Origin: an uncultured Nitrososphaerota archaeon
GTDB taxonomy: Archaea; Thermoproteota; EX4484-205; JAAOZO01
Direction of reading: 5' to 3'
Length of the DNA: 64,000 nucleotides
Assembly (NCBI GenBank): GCA_964408285.1
Contig: CAYOYV010000001.1
Span: forward strand, 96,001 to 160,000
Both the position numbers and the translations under genes were made by a program. The notes below the pieces were generated by a model. That model was given only the letters and a program-made list of their open reading frames with translations, made no database searches and was not told the origin of the DNA. The stretch's first letter is position 1. Each line of letters begins with the position of its first letter. Positions 10,423-21,151 of the stretch are shown here, piece by piece.

Positions 10423-11592
10423 TTACCATCCCTCCTTGAACGGGGAAATGGACCTCAGCTTCCCTACTGCCTCAGGGAGCACCTTGAGCGCGAATTGCAC
10501 TTCTTCCATGGTTGACCATCTGCCCAGGCTAAGTCTCAGACTTCCGTGAGCTTGCTCATGCTTGAGTCCGATTGCCACGAGCACATGACTCGGTTCCAAA
10601 GACTCGGAAGAACATGCAGAACCTGTCGAAGCGGCCAGACCTCGCATGTCCAATTGTGCGACTAGGCTTTCTCCTTCGATGAAGGCAAACCAAAAATTCA
10701 CGTTGTTGGGCAGTCTGAGCTTCGAATGTCCATTAAGATGAGCTTCCTTGATGTCGCTGATACCTCGTATGAGTCTGTCCCTAAGCCTAGTCAATCTTTC
10801 TGCCTCTGCATTCATTTCCCTTTTGGCTATCTCAACTGCGGCCGCGAAACCGACTATTCCAGGGATGTTGACTGTTGAGGATCTCAATCCGAACTCGTGC
10901 CCTCCACCGTGCAACAGAGGCTCGATCTTGACGCCTTCCGAAATAAACAAGGCACCAACACCCTTGGGACCGTACATCTTATGAGCGCTAGCGGTGAGAA
11001 GGCCCACATTCATTCTCTCAACGTCAATGGGTATTTTACCATAGGTCTGAACGGCGTCCGTGTGGAAAAGGACATCTCTCTCGCCGCAGATCTTCCCGAT
11101 TTCCTGTATCGGTTCTATTGTCCCAATCTCATTGTTCGCATGCATGATCGAAACCAGAATAGTATCCTTCCTCATTGCCTCATCCAGATCAGCTGGGCTT
11201 ACCATTCCACACTTGTCAACTGGCAGATATGTGACATCGAAGCTCTGTTCCTGCAGCCAGTGCACTGAATTGAGTACGCAATGGTGTTCTATGGACGAGA
11301 CAATAATATGCTTTCCCCTGTTTCTTCTCGCAAGTGCTATTCCTTTGATTGCCTGGTTATTGGCCTCAGTTGCGCTCCCCGTGAATATGACCCTGCCAGA
11401 TCTCGCCTTCATCAGGTCCGCAAGTGTGAGTCTTGATTCCTCTAGGATCTTCCTGCTCTCTTGGCCCCATGAATGCAAGCTCATAGTATTTCCAAACTTC
11501 TTCGAAAAATAGGGCATCATTTCCCTGAGCACCCTTGGATCAACTGGAGTTGTTGCGGCGTAATCCATGTAGATTTTCCTCATGGGGAGCAC
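10423..11592 (-). CDS. iscS: Cysteine desulfurase, group I
   Basis: YMDYAATTP, HTDAVQ, SAHKMYGPKG and GSACSS motifs. Confidence 0.95.
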   Translation of the reverse strand: MLPMRKIYMDYAATTPVDPRVLREMMPYFSKKFGNTMSLHSWGQESRKILEESRLTLADLMKARSGRVIFTGSATEANNQAIKGIALARRNRGKHIIVSSIEHHCVLNSVHWLQEQSFDVTYLPVDKCGMVSPADLDEAMRKDTILVSIMHANNEIGTIEPIQEIGKICGERDVLFHTDAVQTYGKIPIDVERMNVGLLTASAHKMYGPKGVGALFISEGVKIEPLLHGGGHEFGLRSSTVNIPGIVGFAAAVEIAKREMNAEAERLTRLRDRLIRGISDIKEAHLNGHSKLRLPNNVNFWFAFIEGESLVAQLDMRGLAASTGSACSSESLEPSHVLVAIGLKHEQAHGSLRLSLGRWSTMEEVQFALKVLPEAVGKLRSISPFKEGW

Positions 11593-11783
11593 CTCAGAGT
11601 CCAGGGAGTCTTTTCGATTTCGCTTTGGTCAACTGGTTTCTCAGGCCAGGACATATCAGGCAGAAACGACATCAGATCATTCAACTTACGGGCCGTTCAA
11701 CATATAACGCGGTTATATTTACGTTTTTCTCCCTCTGGAACTGAGGAAGTTGGCCCAAGACCGTTTCGATTCGTCTTTCATAC

Positions 11784-12764
11784 TCAGATGGGAGGCGGGA
11801 TCCTTCTTCTCTCCTCGGGTTTCTTCCGGATCCACTTCGCGAATTCCTTGCTGACAGGCATTTCGGAATAGAGGTCCCTTCTCCTCGCCTCCAGGAGAAT
11901 CGGCCCAAGGCCTTCATATTTGGCAGCGGAAAAGAGCTCATTTCCGGTTGTAAGTGCCACAGTGAATGCCCCCTCGATCTCGTCTCTCCACTTCTCGCTC
12001 CTCATGAGGTGGTGATCTATAACAGTTGTGTTGACGACAGCGACTACTTCCGTGATGCTCTGCACTGCTCGGTCCAATCTCTCCTTGCTCAGTGAAGAGG
12101 GAACCAGATAGCTAGGGGGCCCCCCTACGAAAAGCAAATCGGGCTTCTCGTTTACTATAAGATCAGTCGTGTCCTTCACCATGGGGCCTTGGACATCGGG
12201 GGCAAAGACGAATTTCTCATCTGAGTACGTTATAGACGGAATAAGGACAAAGCCCAAGTGCCCTTGTTCTTCACCGTGCGGCACTGGTCTCGAGAAAGCG
12301 ACCCGCGTGTCGCCGAACTGGAAAGTGGTGGAATCGGCTGCCTTGACTTCCTTTGCTTTTCCGTCTAGAAATCTCCAGAAATACCAAGCCCTCAGCTGCT
12401 GAGCGTAGTTTATGTTTTCCTTCGGATTTTTCGCCAGTATCGTCTTGTCTAGATATATCTCCTTCGCGACTTCCTTGCTGCTCCATGTCCATGTGAAATC
12501 GCTATTGAAGCCAGGAGAAAAGTGGTCAAAGTGGTAGTGAGTGGTCACTATGACATCGGCCCTATGACAATGCTGTCTCAATCTCTCCCTGGCCTGGGAC
12601 AAGGCTTTGTATTCAGAAGGATGCGGCAAGAGACTGAATCTCGGACCCAATGCAGCACCTGCATCAAGAACGATCTTGATGTCTGGGGTCTCAACATATG
12701 TGGCCATGCTTCTGACCCCAAATGACTCTGCTGCCAAGATCCTTACCCTTATCTTCCGGAGCAT
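11784..12764 (-). CDS. UPF0282-type MBL-fold metallohydrolase
   Basis: AAESFGVRSMAT, THYHFDH, PDVQGP and IDHHLMR motifs. Confidence 0.85.
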   Translation of the reverse strand: MLRKIRVRILAAESFGVRSMATYVETPDIKIVLDAGAALGPRFSLLPHPSEYKALSQARERLRQHCHRADVIVTTHYHFDHFSPGFNSDFTWTWSSKEVAKEIYLDKTILAKNPKENINYAQQLRAWYFWRFLDGKAKEVKAADSTTFQFGDTRVAFSRPVPHGEEQGHLGFVLIPSITYSDEKFVFAPDVQGPMVKDTTDLIVNEKPDLLFVGGPPSYLVPSSLSKERLDRAVQSITEVVAVVNTTVIDHHLMRSEKWRDEIEGAFTVALTTGNELFSAAKYEGLGPILLEARRRDLYSEMPVSKEFAKWIRKKPEERRRIPPPI

Positions 12765-12905
12765 GAAGTCGAGGAACGACCTACCATGATTAAGGTTATT
12801 AATCTATTCGACCAAAAATCGACGGGGGCGATGATTTGTCTGGCCTTTGAGCAGCATATGCTCGGGATCTTGAGTTATGAGCTCCCCATCTAATGTGAGA
12901 AGGAA

Positions 12906-13829
12906 ATGAGCATGACTTCCGATGCGGTGGTTAAGGTAGTGGATCTCCAGATGTCAAGGGCCAGGGAGCTTCTGATACAGGGACTCTCCTTCGAGGTGTT
13001 GATAGGCGAGATATTCGGGATGGCTAGCCACCAGAGAGCACTGGTCAAGGCCATCATCCTAGCGCTGACAGGCTTCATAGCCCCACAGAAAGGCACTATA
13101 AGGTTTGCTGGATTATCCTCCCCTCAGACGGGAAGAAAGGAAGGAAGGATATCTTGGTACCTTTCGGACATGTCATTTCCACCAAAGATGACGGTCCAGG
13201 AGATTCTCTTCTTCTCCGGGTCCATGAGGGGAATGAATTCAAAGGCCAGCAAGGAGAAGGCCGAAGAGCTAACCGGTCTTTTTGGCCTGACGAACATGCT
13301 GAATCAGAGATGGGATTCAATCGGATCCTCGGCGAGACAGAGGGTATCGATTGTGACCTCACTGATGACCGACGCTTCCTACATTGTGATGGACTACATT
13401 CCACCCATAGAAGGTGAATTCGAGTCACTCGTGAGAAATTATCTGGTTGCCTCAACAGGTATCGGGAAGACAATCATCATATGCACCGATAGCCCAGAGG
13501 GATTCTGCGACAGGGTACTAGTAGTGCATGGTCCCAGCACATTCGAGATCGGCCCGCCGGACAGCCTGAAGGTTAGAGCTTTGGGATATGGGACTACTGA
13601 GATAGTTGTCCGCGGGCTCCAACTCCAAGCGGTTGAAGCAGCTCTTATGAGGGCCGATTGCAGTTGGCATTACGTTGGCGAAGACAGACTGGCGATATTG
13701 GCTCCTGGATCTCCAACTGAGACGAATTACGTGATGGCAGAGATATTCCGCAATGGCGGCAGCATCGAAGAGATAAAATCTCACTCGCCAAGTTTCAAAG
13801 ATATCCTAACGGCGAAGAAGGAGGATTGA
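12906..13829 (+). CDS. Degenerate ABC-transporter ATP-binding-like protein
   Basis: ABC scaffold recognisable (GLSFEV..GEIFG, G.I.F.G, MTVQEIL, RQRV.I) but Walker A, signature, Walker B and H-loop all substituted. Confidence 0.7.
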   Translation: MSMTSDAVVKVVDLQMSRARELLIQGLSFEVLIGEIFGMASHQRALVKAIILALTGFIAPQKGTIRFAGLSSPQTGRKEGRISWYLSDMSFPPKMTVQEILFFSGSMRGMNSKASKEKAEELTGLFGLTNMLNQRWDSIGSSARQRVSIVTSLMTDASYIVMDYIPPIEGEFESLVRNYLVASTGIGKTIIICTDSPEGFCDRVLVVHGPSTFEIGPPDSLKVRALGYGTTEIVVRGLQLQAVEAALMRADCSWHYVGEDRLAILAPGSPTETNYVMAEIFRNGGSIEEIKSHSPSFKDILTAKKED

Positions 13830-13832
13830 CAG

Positions 13833-14606
13833 ATGAGCGATTTTGGAAGCCTGCTTTCGATTCTGTCCAAAAGCACGCTAAGGAATGCAGCTTATCTGCT
13901 GTTCAACGGGGCATTGATTGCACTGATCCTTTTTGGAGCCTATATCATGAGAGAGTCTCTCATCGCCGATGAGCCGCAGGGAGCTGAACCTTCGTGGGCA
14001 GGCTATCTGATAGCAGTGTCGAGAATGATGCTCATGCCTTCCTTGCTGGCAGCTTTAGCAATAATCGATTCAGTTTTCCTGAGTGAATCGCTCTTGAGAA
14101 GGAACTCGAATGTTGCCCTACTCCACTTCAGCACTCTGGAGCTTTCGTTGTCGTATTCAGTCTTCTGCCTCTTGATATGGGCAGCAAGGACGGCTCTACT
14201 TCTAGGAATAGGATATTCAATGGGTTCCGCAGACCAGGGAGCCGCTAGTTCGACGTTCGAATTGGTGGGTTTGATCTCTGTGTTGCTTTTGAATTGCGGG
14301 ATCGGGCTACCATTAGTTTCTATTCTGATTCCTCTTATGGGGGGAAGGCGTCTGGAGATCGCTGTTATAATACTCTTGTTGACATCCATTCCCATGTTCG
14401 TGCAGGAGGGACTCAAGGGTATTGCTATACGCATCCCGATACGAGAGGTGATCAAGCATATTGCTCCACTAGCTATTCTTCTGCTTCTTTCGTTCCTAGC
14501 CTCTATCGTCGTCCTCTCAATCTGGATCAGCCTCAGGAAATCGAGCGCTCTGCAAGGTTTTCTGACTACGGAGAAGGACATTGTGGGGAATCAGTCAAAG
14601 GCATGA
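13833..14606 (+). CDS. Polytopic membrane protein (ABC-2 permease-like)
   Basis: About six hydrophobic segments; 3 bp after the ABC-like gene. Confidence 0.6.
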   Translation: MSDFGSLLSILSKSTLRNAAYLLFNGALIALILFGAYIMRESLIADEPQGAEPSWAGYLIAVSRMMLMPSLLAALAIIDSVFLSESLLRRNSNVALLHFSTLELSLSYSVFCLLIWAARTALLLGIGYSMGSADQGAASSTFELVGLISVLLLNCGIGLPLVSILIPLMGGRRLEIAVIILLLTSIPMFVQEGLKGIAIRIPIREVIKHIAPLAILLLLSFLASIVVLSIWISLRKSSALQGFLTTEKDIVGNQSKA

Positions 14607-15592
14607 AAATTGTCAGAAGCCATGATGGCATAATCGCAGAGATGGGAAGGAGGACAATAGGCCTGGATTACCTAGGGCGCCGTCATCTAACGCAATACTT
14701 CGTTTCGCACGCACATTCCGATCACATATCACGAAGTCTGACAAACAAGGATGTCATCTGCTCATCCCCAACATCGATTTTCGCAAGCATGAGGGGGATT
14801 CAAATGAACCAAGTCGGTTCTTCCGAATTAAAGCTGATTCCAAATGGCCATATGCTTGGTTCCTCGGGCCTTCTAGTCGGGGATCAGCTTCTCTATTCCG
14901 GGGATTTCAATGACAGAGATAGGCCCTTCTCTCTACGCTTCAAGCCTCCCAAGGCGAAGGTGCTTCTCATGGAAGCCACGTATGGCAGACCCTTCTTCAG
15001 GTTTCCTAAGGAACACGATGTGGTCGCTGAGGCAAGAGATAAGATATACGATCTTCTCAATAGGGGAAAGAACGTCATTGTCCTTGGTTATGCGCTTGGG
15101 AAGTCCCAACATCTTCAACTCTTTCTTGACAAATGGTTCACCGGATACAAGACATATATATGGCCAATGATATCGAGATACAACGATATATATCGTCTGT
15201 TCGGTGCGAGGATCTCCGAGAAGACGGAGGCCTCTTCTGCGAGCATTCCGACCATGATGGAGAAGGGTGGATGGCTCCTGTACATGCCGTCATACGCTTC
15301 TCGAATAGCTGTTTATGACGAATTGAGAAAAAAAGGGGCATATTCGATCTCATTCACAGGTTGGGCGGCATATCATGGCTACGCCGAATCAGTGAACGTT
15401 GACTTGGCATTGCCCCTTAGCGATCATGCGGACTTCGAGGGTCTTGTAAGGATAGTCGAAGAAGTCAATCCTGAGCTTGTGCTCGTGACCCACGGATTCA
15501 CGAAGGATTTCACGTCCACACTTCGCAAGATAGGTGTTTCCTCAGGATCAGGGACATTACGAATGCACAAGCTTTCCAGGTATCTAGCCTGA
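14603..15592 (+). CDS. MBL/beta-CASP-type exonuclease (DNA-repair associated family)
   Basis: SHAHSDH, GHMLGS, YSGD, EATYG, YALGKSQ, LSDHADF and THG motifs; ATGA overlap with the upstream gene. Confidence 0.85.
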   Translation: MKIVRSHDGIIAEMGRRTIGLDYLGRRHLTQYFVSHAHSDHISRSLTNKDVICSSPTSIFASMRGIQMNQVGSSELKLIPNGHMLGSSGLLVGDQLLYSGDFNDRDRPFSLRFKPPKAKVLLMEATYGRPFFRFPKEHDVVAEARDKIYDLLNRGKNVIVLGYALGKSQHLQLFLDKWFTGYKTYIWPMISRYNDIYRLFGARISEKTEASSASIPTMMEKGGWLLYMPSYASRIAVYDELRKKGAYSISFTGWAAYHGYAESVNVDLALPLSDHADFEGLVRIVEEVNPELVLVTHGFTKDFTSTLRKIGVSSGSGTLRMHKLSRYLA

Positions 15593-16939
15593 TCTTGATT
15601 CTTCGACAAGACTTTCAACGAATCTCATTATTCTGCCAAGACCGCGTTGCGATTCACTCTCCGCCCTTATGACAAGTGCTGGCTCTGTATTGGATGCCCT
15701 TATGGAAAACCACCCGTCCTCCAAAGAGGCCTTTACTCCGTCAAGCGTCTGCACCTCAGTGCCTTGGTTCTTCAGCTTGGCTTCGATCTTCCTGATCATG
15801 TCGAACTTCAGTTCGTCCGGCGCGGGTACCCTTATTTCAGGGGAGAGGCAAGTCTCCCTGAATTCCTTCATGAGCTCTTCTAGCGACTTCCTCTCAACAG
15901 TTAAGAGGTCGAGCATCCTGACGGCGCAATATATGCCGTCGTCGAATCCGTAGTATCTATCTTTGAAGTATATATGGCCCGATATCTCTCCACCGAGCGG
16001 ATAGTCACCATCTGCCATTTCATTGGCTATGTATGAATGTCCCACCTTCGTGAATTTAACTCTCCCGCCGTGAGATACAATGAACTCCTGGACTGCCTTA
16101 GAGATCCTTACGTCAGCTAGTATTGTGGCGCCTTTGTTCTCCCTCAATATGGGCAGACAGAAAAGCCCTATTATGAAATCAGCTGGGATCCATCTCCCGT
16201 TTTTGGCAACAAGACCAAAACGGTCAGCATCCACATCTAGCGCGATTCCGATGTCTGCCCCGTGCTGAATGACCTCTCCCTTCAGATCGGCCAAGGTCTC
16301 CTCCATAACGGGATTGACCATTCCGTTTGGATAAGCGCCGTTCGGTGTCTCGTGGATTATCTCAGCATTGAGGCCGAATCTCTCGACCATTCTCCGGAGG
16401 ATAGGGCCTGCAGTTCCGTTTCCGGTCTCGAAGACGACTCTGATGTCCTTGGACATTTTCATATCCCTGGTGATGTGCTGAAGATATTCTTCCCCGATGT
16501 CTTGCTCCTGCATTCTACCGATCGTTGCTGCCGGTCTTTCCGAAGAAAATTCAGTTACCCTTCTTTCTATGTCTGATATTCCGGTCTCCCTAGTAAGAGG
16601 CCTCGCCCCCTCACTCACAAGCTTCAGACCGTTGTATTGAGGAGGATTGTGAGATGCAGTAATCATTATTCCTCCAGGTGCCCTGTTACGGGCCACACCG
16701 AAATAGAGCAGAGGGGTCGGCACCATTCCGAGATTCACAGCTTCAATTCCTGCCGAGATGATGCCGGCAGAGGAACTGAGCAGAAGAGGCAGACTGTTTG
16801 GCCTATTGTCCATTCCCAAGAAGACAGGGCCCCGTCCCATTTTGTATTTCGAGAAGACGAAGGAGATCTTGTAGGCATCGATTGGATCCAGCGTCTGCCC
16901 ATATATCCCTCGTATATCGTACGCCCTGAAGATTGACAT
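15584..16939 (-). CDS. Phosphomannomutase/phosphoglucomutase
   Basis: FRAYDIRG, TASHNP, DVDADR, GEISGH and RASNTEP motifs. Confidence 0.95.
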   Translation of the reverse strand: MSIFRAYDIRGIYGQTLDPIDAYKISFVFSKYKMGRGPVFLGMDNRPNSLPLLLSSSAGIISAGIEAVNLGMVPTPLLYFGVARNRAPGGIMITASHNPPQYNGLKLVSEGARPLTRETGISDIERRVTEFSSERPAATIGRMQEQDIGEEYLQHITRDMKMSKDIRVVFETGNGTAGPILRRMVERFGLNAEIIHETPNGAYPNGMVNPVMEETLADLKGEVIQHGADIGIALDVDADRFGLVAKNGRWIPADFIIGLFCLPILRENKGATILADVRISKAVQEFIVSHGGRVKFTKVGHSYIANEMADGDYPLGGEISGHIYFKDRYYGFDDGIYCAVRMLDLLTVERKSLEELMKEFRETCLSPEIRVPAPDELKFDMIRKIEAKLKNQGTEVQTLDGVKASLEDGWFSIRASNTEPALVIRAESESQRGLGRIMRFVESLVEESRSG

Positions 16940-16962
16940 CAGGGAAAAGCCTCTGCGGTTCT

Positions 16963-17925
16963 CTAAAAAGGTTTCAATGGAATCAGGCCTGCTTCATTCG
17001 CCAATGCCGCGACGCCTCTTGGCAGATCTCCACTTAGCACGCGCATTTCCGTGACGATCCAGTCTATTGCCTTGTGGGGAGTAACATCAAATGAAGGATT
17101 CAGAACCTTCAGTCCAGTCTCGATGACGCGCGAATCTGATACGACCTCGTCTGCCCCCCTGAACTCTATCGGTATCTCCTTACCGCTGCCTGCCTTTGGG
17201 GCGATTTTGTATGTTTCAGCGGCAACTAAGAACCTCTTACTGAATTGTCTTGCAACGATGGCTGTCTGAAATGTTCCTATCTTGTTCGCTACGTCTCCAT
17301 TTAGAGCTATTGCATCCGCTCCAACAACGACCATGTCGACCTGATCCATGTAGTAGGCGCTTGCCGAATCTACTATGAGCCTGACGTCGCCCCCAAAGCC
17401 TGAGAGCTGTCTAGCCGTTATGAGGCCCTGATACAGAGGTCTTGTCTCCTTGACGTAGATTGTGGAGATGGCACCTGTCTCCACGGCCTTCTTGAGCAGG
17501 GAGATCACAACTGTGCTATGACAATGTGTCATCACAGATGTCCCTCTGGGAATAAGCTTCACCCCAATGTCGGCGACCATGGTTTTGGCTCGGTCCATTC
17601 TGTCAAGGAATTCACCGATCGCTCTTTCAACGACATTTCTCATCCGCTCCTTTTCTTCACCTTTCTCCCTGCTTTGAACAAGCGCATTGTCAACGAATGA
17701 GATGGCATTTGGCAATGCCACTGCGGTTGGACGAGTGTTCAAAAGCGTTTCTTCCGCACTTCTGATCTCTGCGAAGAAATCCTCGCTAGATCTAGATTGG
17801 ACACAGATCTCGTCAAGGGAATCGGCAAGAGCTCTTAGAGCAGAACTCGCTATCGGACCTGCTCCCCTGATCCTCATCTCCTCTATGTCCTTGGCGACCT
17901 TCAATATCCCATAAGGAACAGTCAT
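16963..17925 (-). CDS. Ribose-1,5-bisphosphate isomerase (eIF-2B family)
   Basis: MRIRGA, TRPTAVAL, THCHS, ETRP, GAD, NKIGT and NPSFDVTP motifs. Confidence 0.85.
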   Translation of the reverse strand: MTVPYGILKVAKDIEEMRIRGAGPIASSALRALADSLDEICVQSRSSEDFFAEIRSAEETLLNTRPTAVALPNAISFVDNALVQSREKGEEKERMRNVVERAIGEFLDRMDRAKTMVADIGVKLIPRGTSVMTHCHSTVVISLLKKAVETGAISTIYVKETRPLYQGLITARQLSGFGGDVRLIVDSASAYYMDQVDMVVVGADAIALNGDVANKIGTFQTAIVARQFSKRFLVAAETYKIAPKAGSGKEIPIEFRGADEVVSDSRVIETGLKVLNPSFDVTPHKAIDWIVTEMRVLSGDLPRGVAALANEAGLIPLKPF

Positions 17926-18048
17926 GTAGTTCTCAGCTTCTTCCTCTCAATATCGATCCGATTCTATTAAAGTTTGGCAAAAGCTGTTAGAGGTGAAACC
18001 AAGCCGCTTATGCTGTCGATTTGCTTGAATCCTCGTTGACAATTCACG

Positions 18049-19215
18049 TCACCTACCGGAAGCTAACTGCTCGTAGATGTGCAGAGTGGCTTTGGCAATT
18101 GAACGCCACGAATACCTGACAGCAACATCTTCAAGAGCATTCTGCACCAAAGTCCTTCGCAACTGGTCCTCCACAAGAATCCTCTTTAGGCTAGAGGCCA
18201 ATTCCAATGAATCATTTGGTCTTACTTTCAGTCCATTCACTTCATGTCGTACTATTTCAGACAGTCCACCGACATCTGAGACCACAACTGGTGTACCGCT
18301 CACCATGCCCTCTAGCGTCACTATTCCAAAAGGTTCGAATAGCGAAGGCACGGACAGAACGTCTGCAATCTTGAAGGCCTTATGAAGCTCTTCATCAGTC
18401 ACGTATCCCCTGAAATACACCTTGTCGTATATGCCAAGGTCCCATGCCAGTTTCTTCATTTCATCAGCCGCGTATCCATCTCCGATAACCATCAATTTCA
18501 CCCTGGTGCCATCCTTCAATAGATTCGGAATTGCCCCGATCAATACCCCAAGTCCTTTCTCATGCACCAACCTACCGACAAATAGGATTATTCTTTCGTT
18601 GTCATCTGCGAAGGCCCTCCTGAATTCGATCGGCGCACTTCTCACTGGATTCTCGACAACACCGTTTGGTATTGTGGCTATCTTCTGGTCCGGTGTGTTG
18701 AAAAGCCAACGGACATGATCACGCATGTAGTTACTGCAAACAACTATCTTCGATGCCTCGTAGCTTCCCCATCCTTCACACTCATGTATTGTTCTGCTGA
18801 AATCGCTCGGGAGGCCGTTTCTTCTGCCATACTCAGTCGAATGTATTGAATAGACAAGAGGACTGCCGGAAAGGGATTTCATGCAAAAAGCACACGGAAG
18901 GATCATCCATTCATGGGCATGGATTACATCGAAATGCTCTCTTCCTGTCAGACGCGAACCGTATTCAAGTAGGCTGTGGTTCATGCTCATGGCCCACGAC
19001 AGGAAATCAGGAGAAGGGAAGTCATAGACATCCACTCTATGAATGACAAGGCCCTTTCTCAATGTCTGTCTTTCGGGCTTGCCAGGAAAAGAGCACGAAA
19101 GTACGTGAACTTCAACGCCAAGAGCAGCAAGCTCATCTGAGAGGTGTTGAACGTGCGTGGCCAAGCCACCGACCTTCTTGGGGGGATACTCCCAGCTAAT
19201 CATCAGAACCTTCAT
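18049..19215 (-). CDS. GT4 glycosyltransferase (glycogen/glucan synthase-like)
   Basis: WEYPP..VGGL, HAHEW, TIHSTE-like, GRLVHEKG and EPFGIVTLE motifs. Confidence 0.9.
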   Translation of the reverse strand: MKVLMISWEYPPKKVGGLATHVQHLSDELAALGVEVHVLSCSFPGKPERQTLRKGLVIHRVDVYDFPSPDFLSWAMSMNHSLLEYGSRLTGREHFDVIHAHEWMILPCAFCMKSLSGSPLVYSIHSTEYGRRNGLPSDFSRTIHECEGWGSYEASKIVVCSNYMRDHVRWLFNTPDQKIATIPNGVVENPVRSAPIEFRRAFADDNERIILFVGRLVHEKGLGVLIGAIPNLLKDGTRVKLMVIGDGYAADEMKKLAWDLGIYDKVYFRGYVTDEELHKAFKIADVLSVPSLFEPFGIVTLEGMVSGTPVVVSDVGGLSEIVRHEVNGLKVRPNDSLELASSLKRILVEDQLRRTLVQNALEDVAVRYSWRSIAKATLHIYEQLASGR

Positions 19216-19828
19216 CTTGTGTCCCCCTCACGAGCGATAAGGCCACCAGAGGCCAGTAATCAGCATCAAGATCAACCGCCAATGTTTTGGAGGGATCCAA
19301 TCGGTACTTCTCAATGAGATAATCGTAGGTTTCTTTGGATCCAGTTACAGTCAAGTCACTTTTTCGGAGGAATGTCTTCTCGAAATTCTCGATGGTAATG
19401 CTCAACGGATCTTTTCCCCAAGAAGTCCTGAACGGTTCCAGAGTCTGCATCACGCTAACCAGCGGGAGGTGGTGCACGGTCTTCAAGCTTATTGCAGAAA
19501 GAAGCGTCGACCATTCGAAAGAAAAGATCACGTCCACCAGCTCATTTGATACAATGAATTCTCCCTCTTTCACGAACTGAGTGCTGACAAATGTCTCGGT
19601 TGTCAGAATGGAGTAAAAGGTCCTGATTGGATTCCTAACCCTTGCGATCCGCAGGCCGTTTTCTACAAATGTCCCGACCAACATTTCATCATGTACCACA
19701 ACGCTAGTGAGCATCCCGAGGTCTCTGAGGATCCTCGCTAATCTATTTGCCCTTGACGCAGTTTTGCCTACAGCCTTAGGAGGGAACTCTGGAGTGACGA
19801 TGAGCGCTCCCCTAGGCATCTGCCTCAC
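19196..19828 (-). CDS. Stand-alone GT4 N-terminal-domain protein
   Basis: PEFPPKAVG...FSFEW...MQTLE parallels the N-domain of the neighbouring GT4; no nucleotide-sugar domain. Confidence 0.7.
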   Translation of the reverse strand: MRQMPRGALIVTPEFPPKAVGKTASRANRLARILRDLGMLTSVVVHDEMLVGTFVENGLRIARVRNPIRTFYSILTTETFVSTQFVKEGEFIVSNELVDVIFSFEWSTLLSAISLKTVHHLPLVSVMQTLEPFRTSWGKDPLSITIENFEKTFLRKSDLTVTGSKETYDYLIEKYRLDPSKTLAVDLDADYWPLVALSLVRGTQDEGSDD

Positions 19829-20074
19829 CTATGTGTAGATCGAACACGCTGCGATTATGCCCAAGCCCGTTACGTGATATCTCTGCCGCTCATCTATCCT
19901 CAAGGCGACTACGTATTCTCTTTGCTCCAGCTTTCTCAGTATGTCATAGATATCTCGAACGTCCATGTTGAGCATTTTGGCGATTTCGTCATCGGTCAAA
20001 GCCTTCTCCTCGCTGACTACGCCCAGGTCGTGAAGTCGGGACAGAACGTGAAACTCCTTCGAAACCTTTTCCAT
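19829..20074 (-). CDS. Small winged-helix protein
   Basis: LTDDEIAKMLNMDVRDIYDILRKLEQREYV...YHVTGLG. Confidence 0.7.
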   Translation of the reverse strand: MEKVSKEFHVLSRLHDLGVVSEEKALTDDEIAKMLNMDVRDIYDILRKLEQREYVVALRIDERQRYHVTGLGIIAACSIYT

Positions 20075-20079
20075 GACTT

Positions 20080-21087
20080 CTAACTTACTTTGTCAATGTG
20101 CTCCTTATATAATTTAGCGGTCTCCTCTGGGGAGCTTGTTATTATGTATGCTCCGAAACCCAGCTCGTATCCTGCATGGATGTTCGATCTGGGCACGAAT
20201 TCGATGTGCCAACAAAATACCTCATTGTCCCTAGGAGGCAGATGGAAGTAGAAATTGTAGGGGACCTCTCCTAGGAATTGCTTCATTGCCGCGATCGTGA
20301 GCCTTAGGACTTTGCCAATATCAGATAAGCTGTCCTCCCACTCCGCTCCTGAGATGAGCGGAGCGATCCAGAATTCATATGGTGAAATGGGGGCATATGG
20401 CGTGAATACGGCAAGATGTTGATCAGAGAGTATCAGTCTATTACCGATACGGCTTTCTTCGATCACTCTTGACATCGCCTCTTCTCCGCTTTCACTTCTG
20501 GTTTTTTCAAATAGCCGGACTTCGCGAACAATGCTAGGTGGGATCTTCTCTGTTGCTATTACCTGAGTATGCGGATGCGGGATTGACGCACCGGCCTCTC
20601 TGCCTTGATTCTTGAAAATGCTAACGTATCTGATCCTATGATCTCGTTCCAAGTTCTCCTTAAGAATACGCAAGGCCATCAGATAGGCATTAGTCTCCAT
20701 ATCAGAGAAGGAGTCAATGTCCTCATTGTGATCGGGAGTGTCAACAGAGATCATGTGATATCCATATGCATTGATTGCTTGTCCAACGCCATCTTCCCTT
20801 GATTCTGTTGGGCTGAATGCAGGAAACATGTTCGGGAAAATCCTGACCTGCCAATCCCTGGAATCTCCTGCCGTTTCTCCGTAGAGAGTTTCGAAGTCGC
20901 CATTGCTAGCCAATCGCAAGACTATCCGAGCTGACGGCGTCATTTGCTCATTTCCACGGCAAAACGGACAAGGCCTTGTCTCTGCTTGAGGGGTTTCAGC
21001 ATACAGGACCGGACGGGAGGCCCTCCCTTTAGCAATGACACATGTCCTTTCTGAGAACCAATCGAATCTAATCTCTGGGTTGCCCAA
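20080..21087 (-). CDS. galT: GalT-family hexose-1-phosphate nucleotidyltransferase
   Basis: RASRP, CPFCRGNE, NMFPA and GASIPHPHTQ (HxHxQ) motifs. Confidence 0.88.
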   Translation of the reverse strand: MGNPEIRFDWFSERTCVIAKGRASRPVLYAETPQAETRPCPFCRGNEQMTPSARIVLRLASNGDFETLYGETAGDSRDWQVRIFPNMFPAFSPTESREDGVGQAINAYGYHMISVDTPDHNEDIDSFSDMETNAYLMALRILKENLERDHRIRYVSIFKNQGREAGASIPHPHTQVIATEKIPPSIVREVRLFEKTRSESGEEAMSRVIEESRIGNRLILSDQHLAVFTPYAPISPYEFWIAPLISGAEWEDSLSDIGKVLRLTIAAMKQFLGEVPYNFYFHLPPRDNEVFCWHIEFVPRSNIHAGYELGFGAYIITSSPEETAKLYKEHIDKVS

Positions 21088-21151
21088 TGGCCTTCCAATC
21101 GTTCCAGTTCGTATTAAGTCTAACCATGGATCAGTAGCCTAAACGTTTTAT

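Noticed and set aside
14294-14602. Long N-terminal extensions in the ORF track (also 28202-28435, 53349-53507, 63295-63471)
   Set aside because: They overlap neighbouring real genes; the family motifs start later
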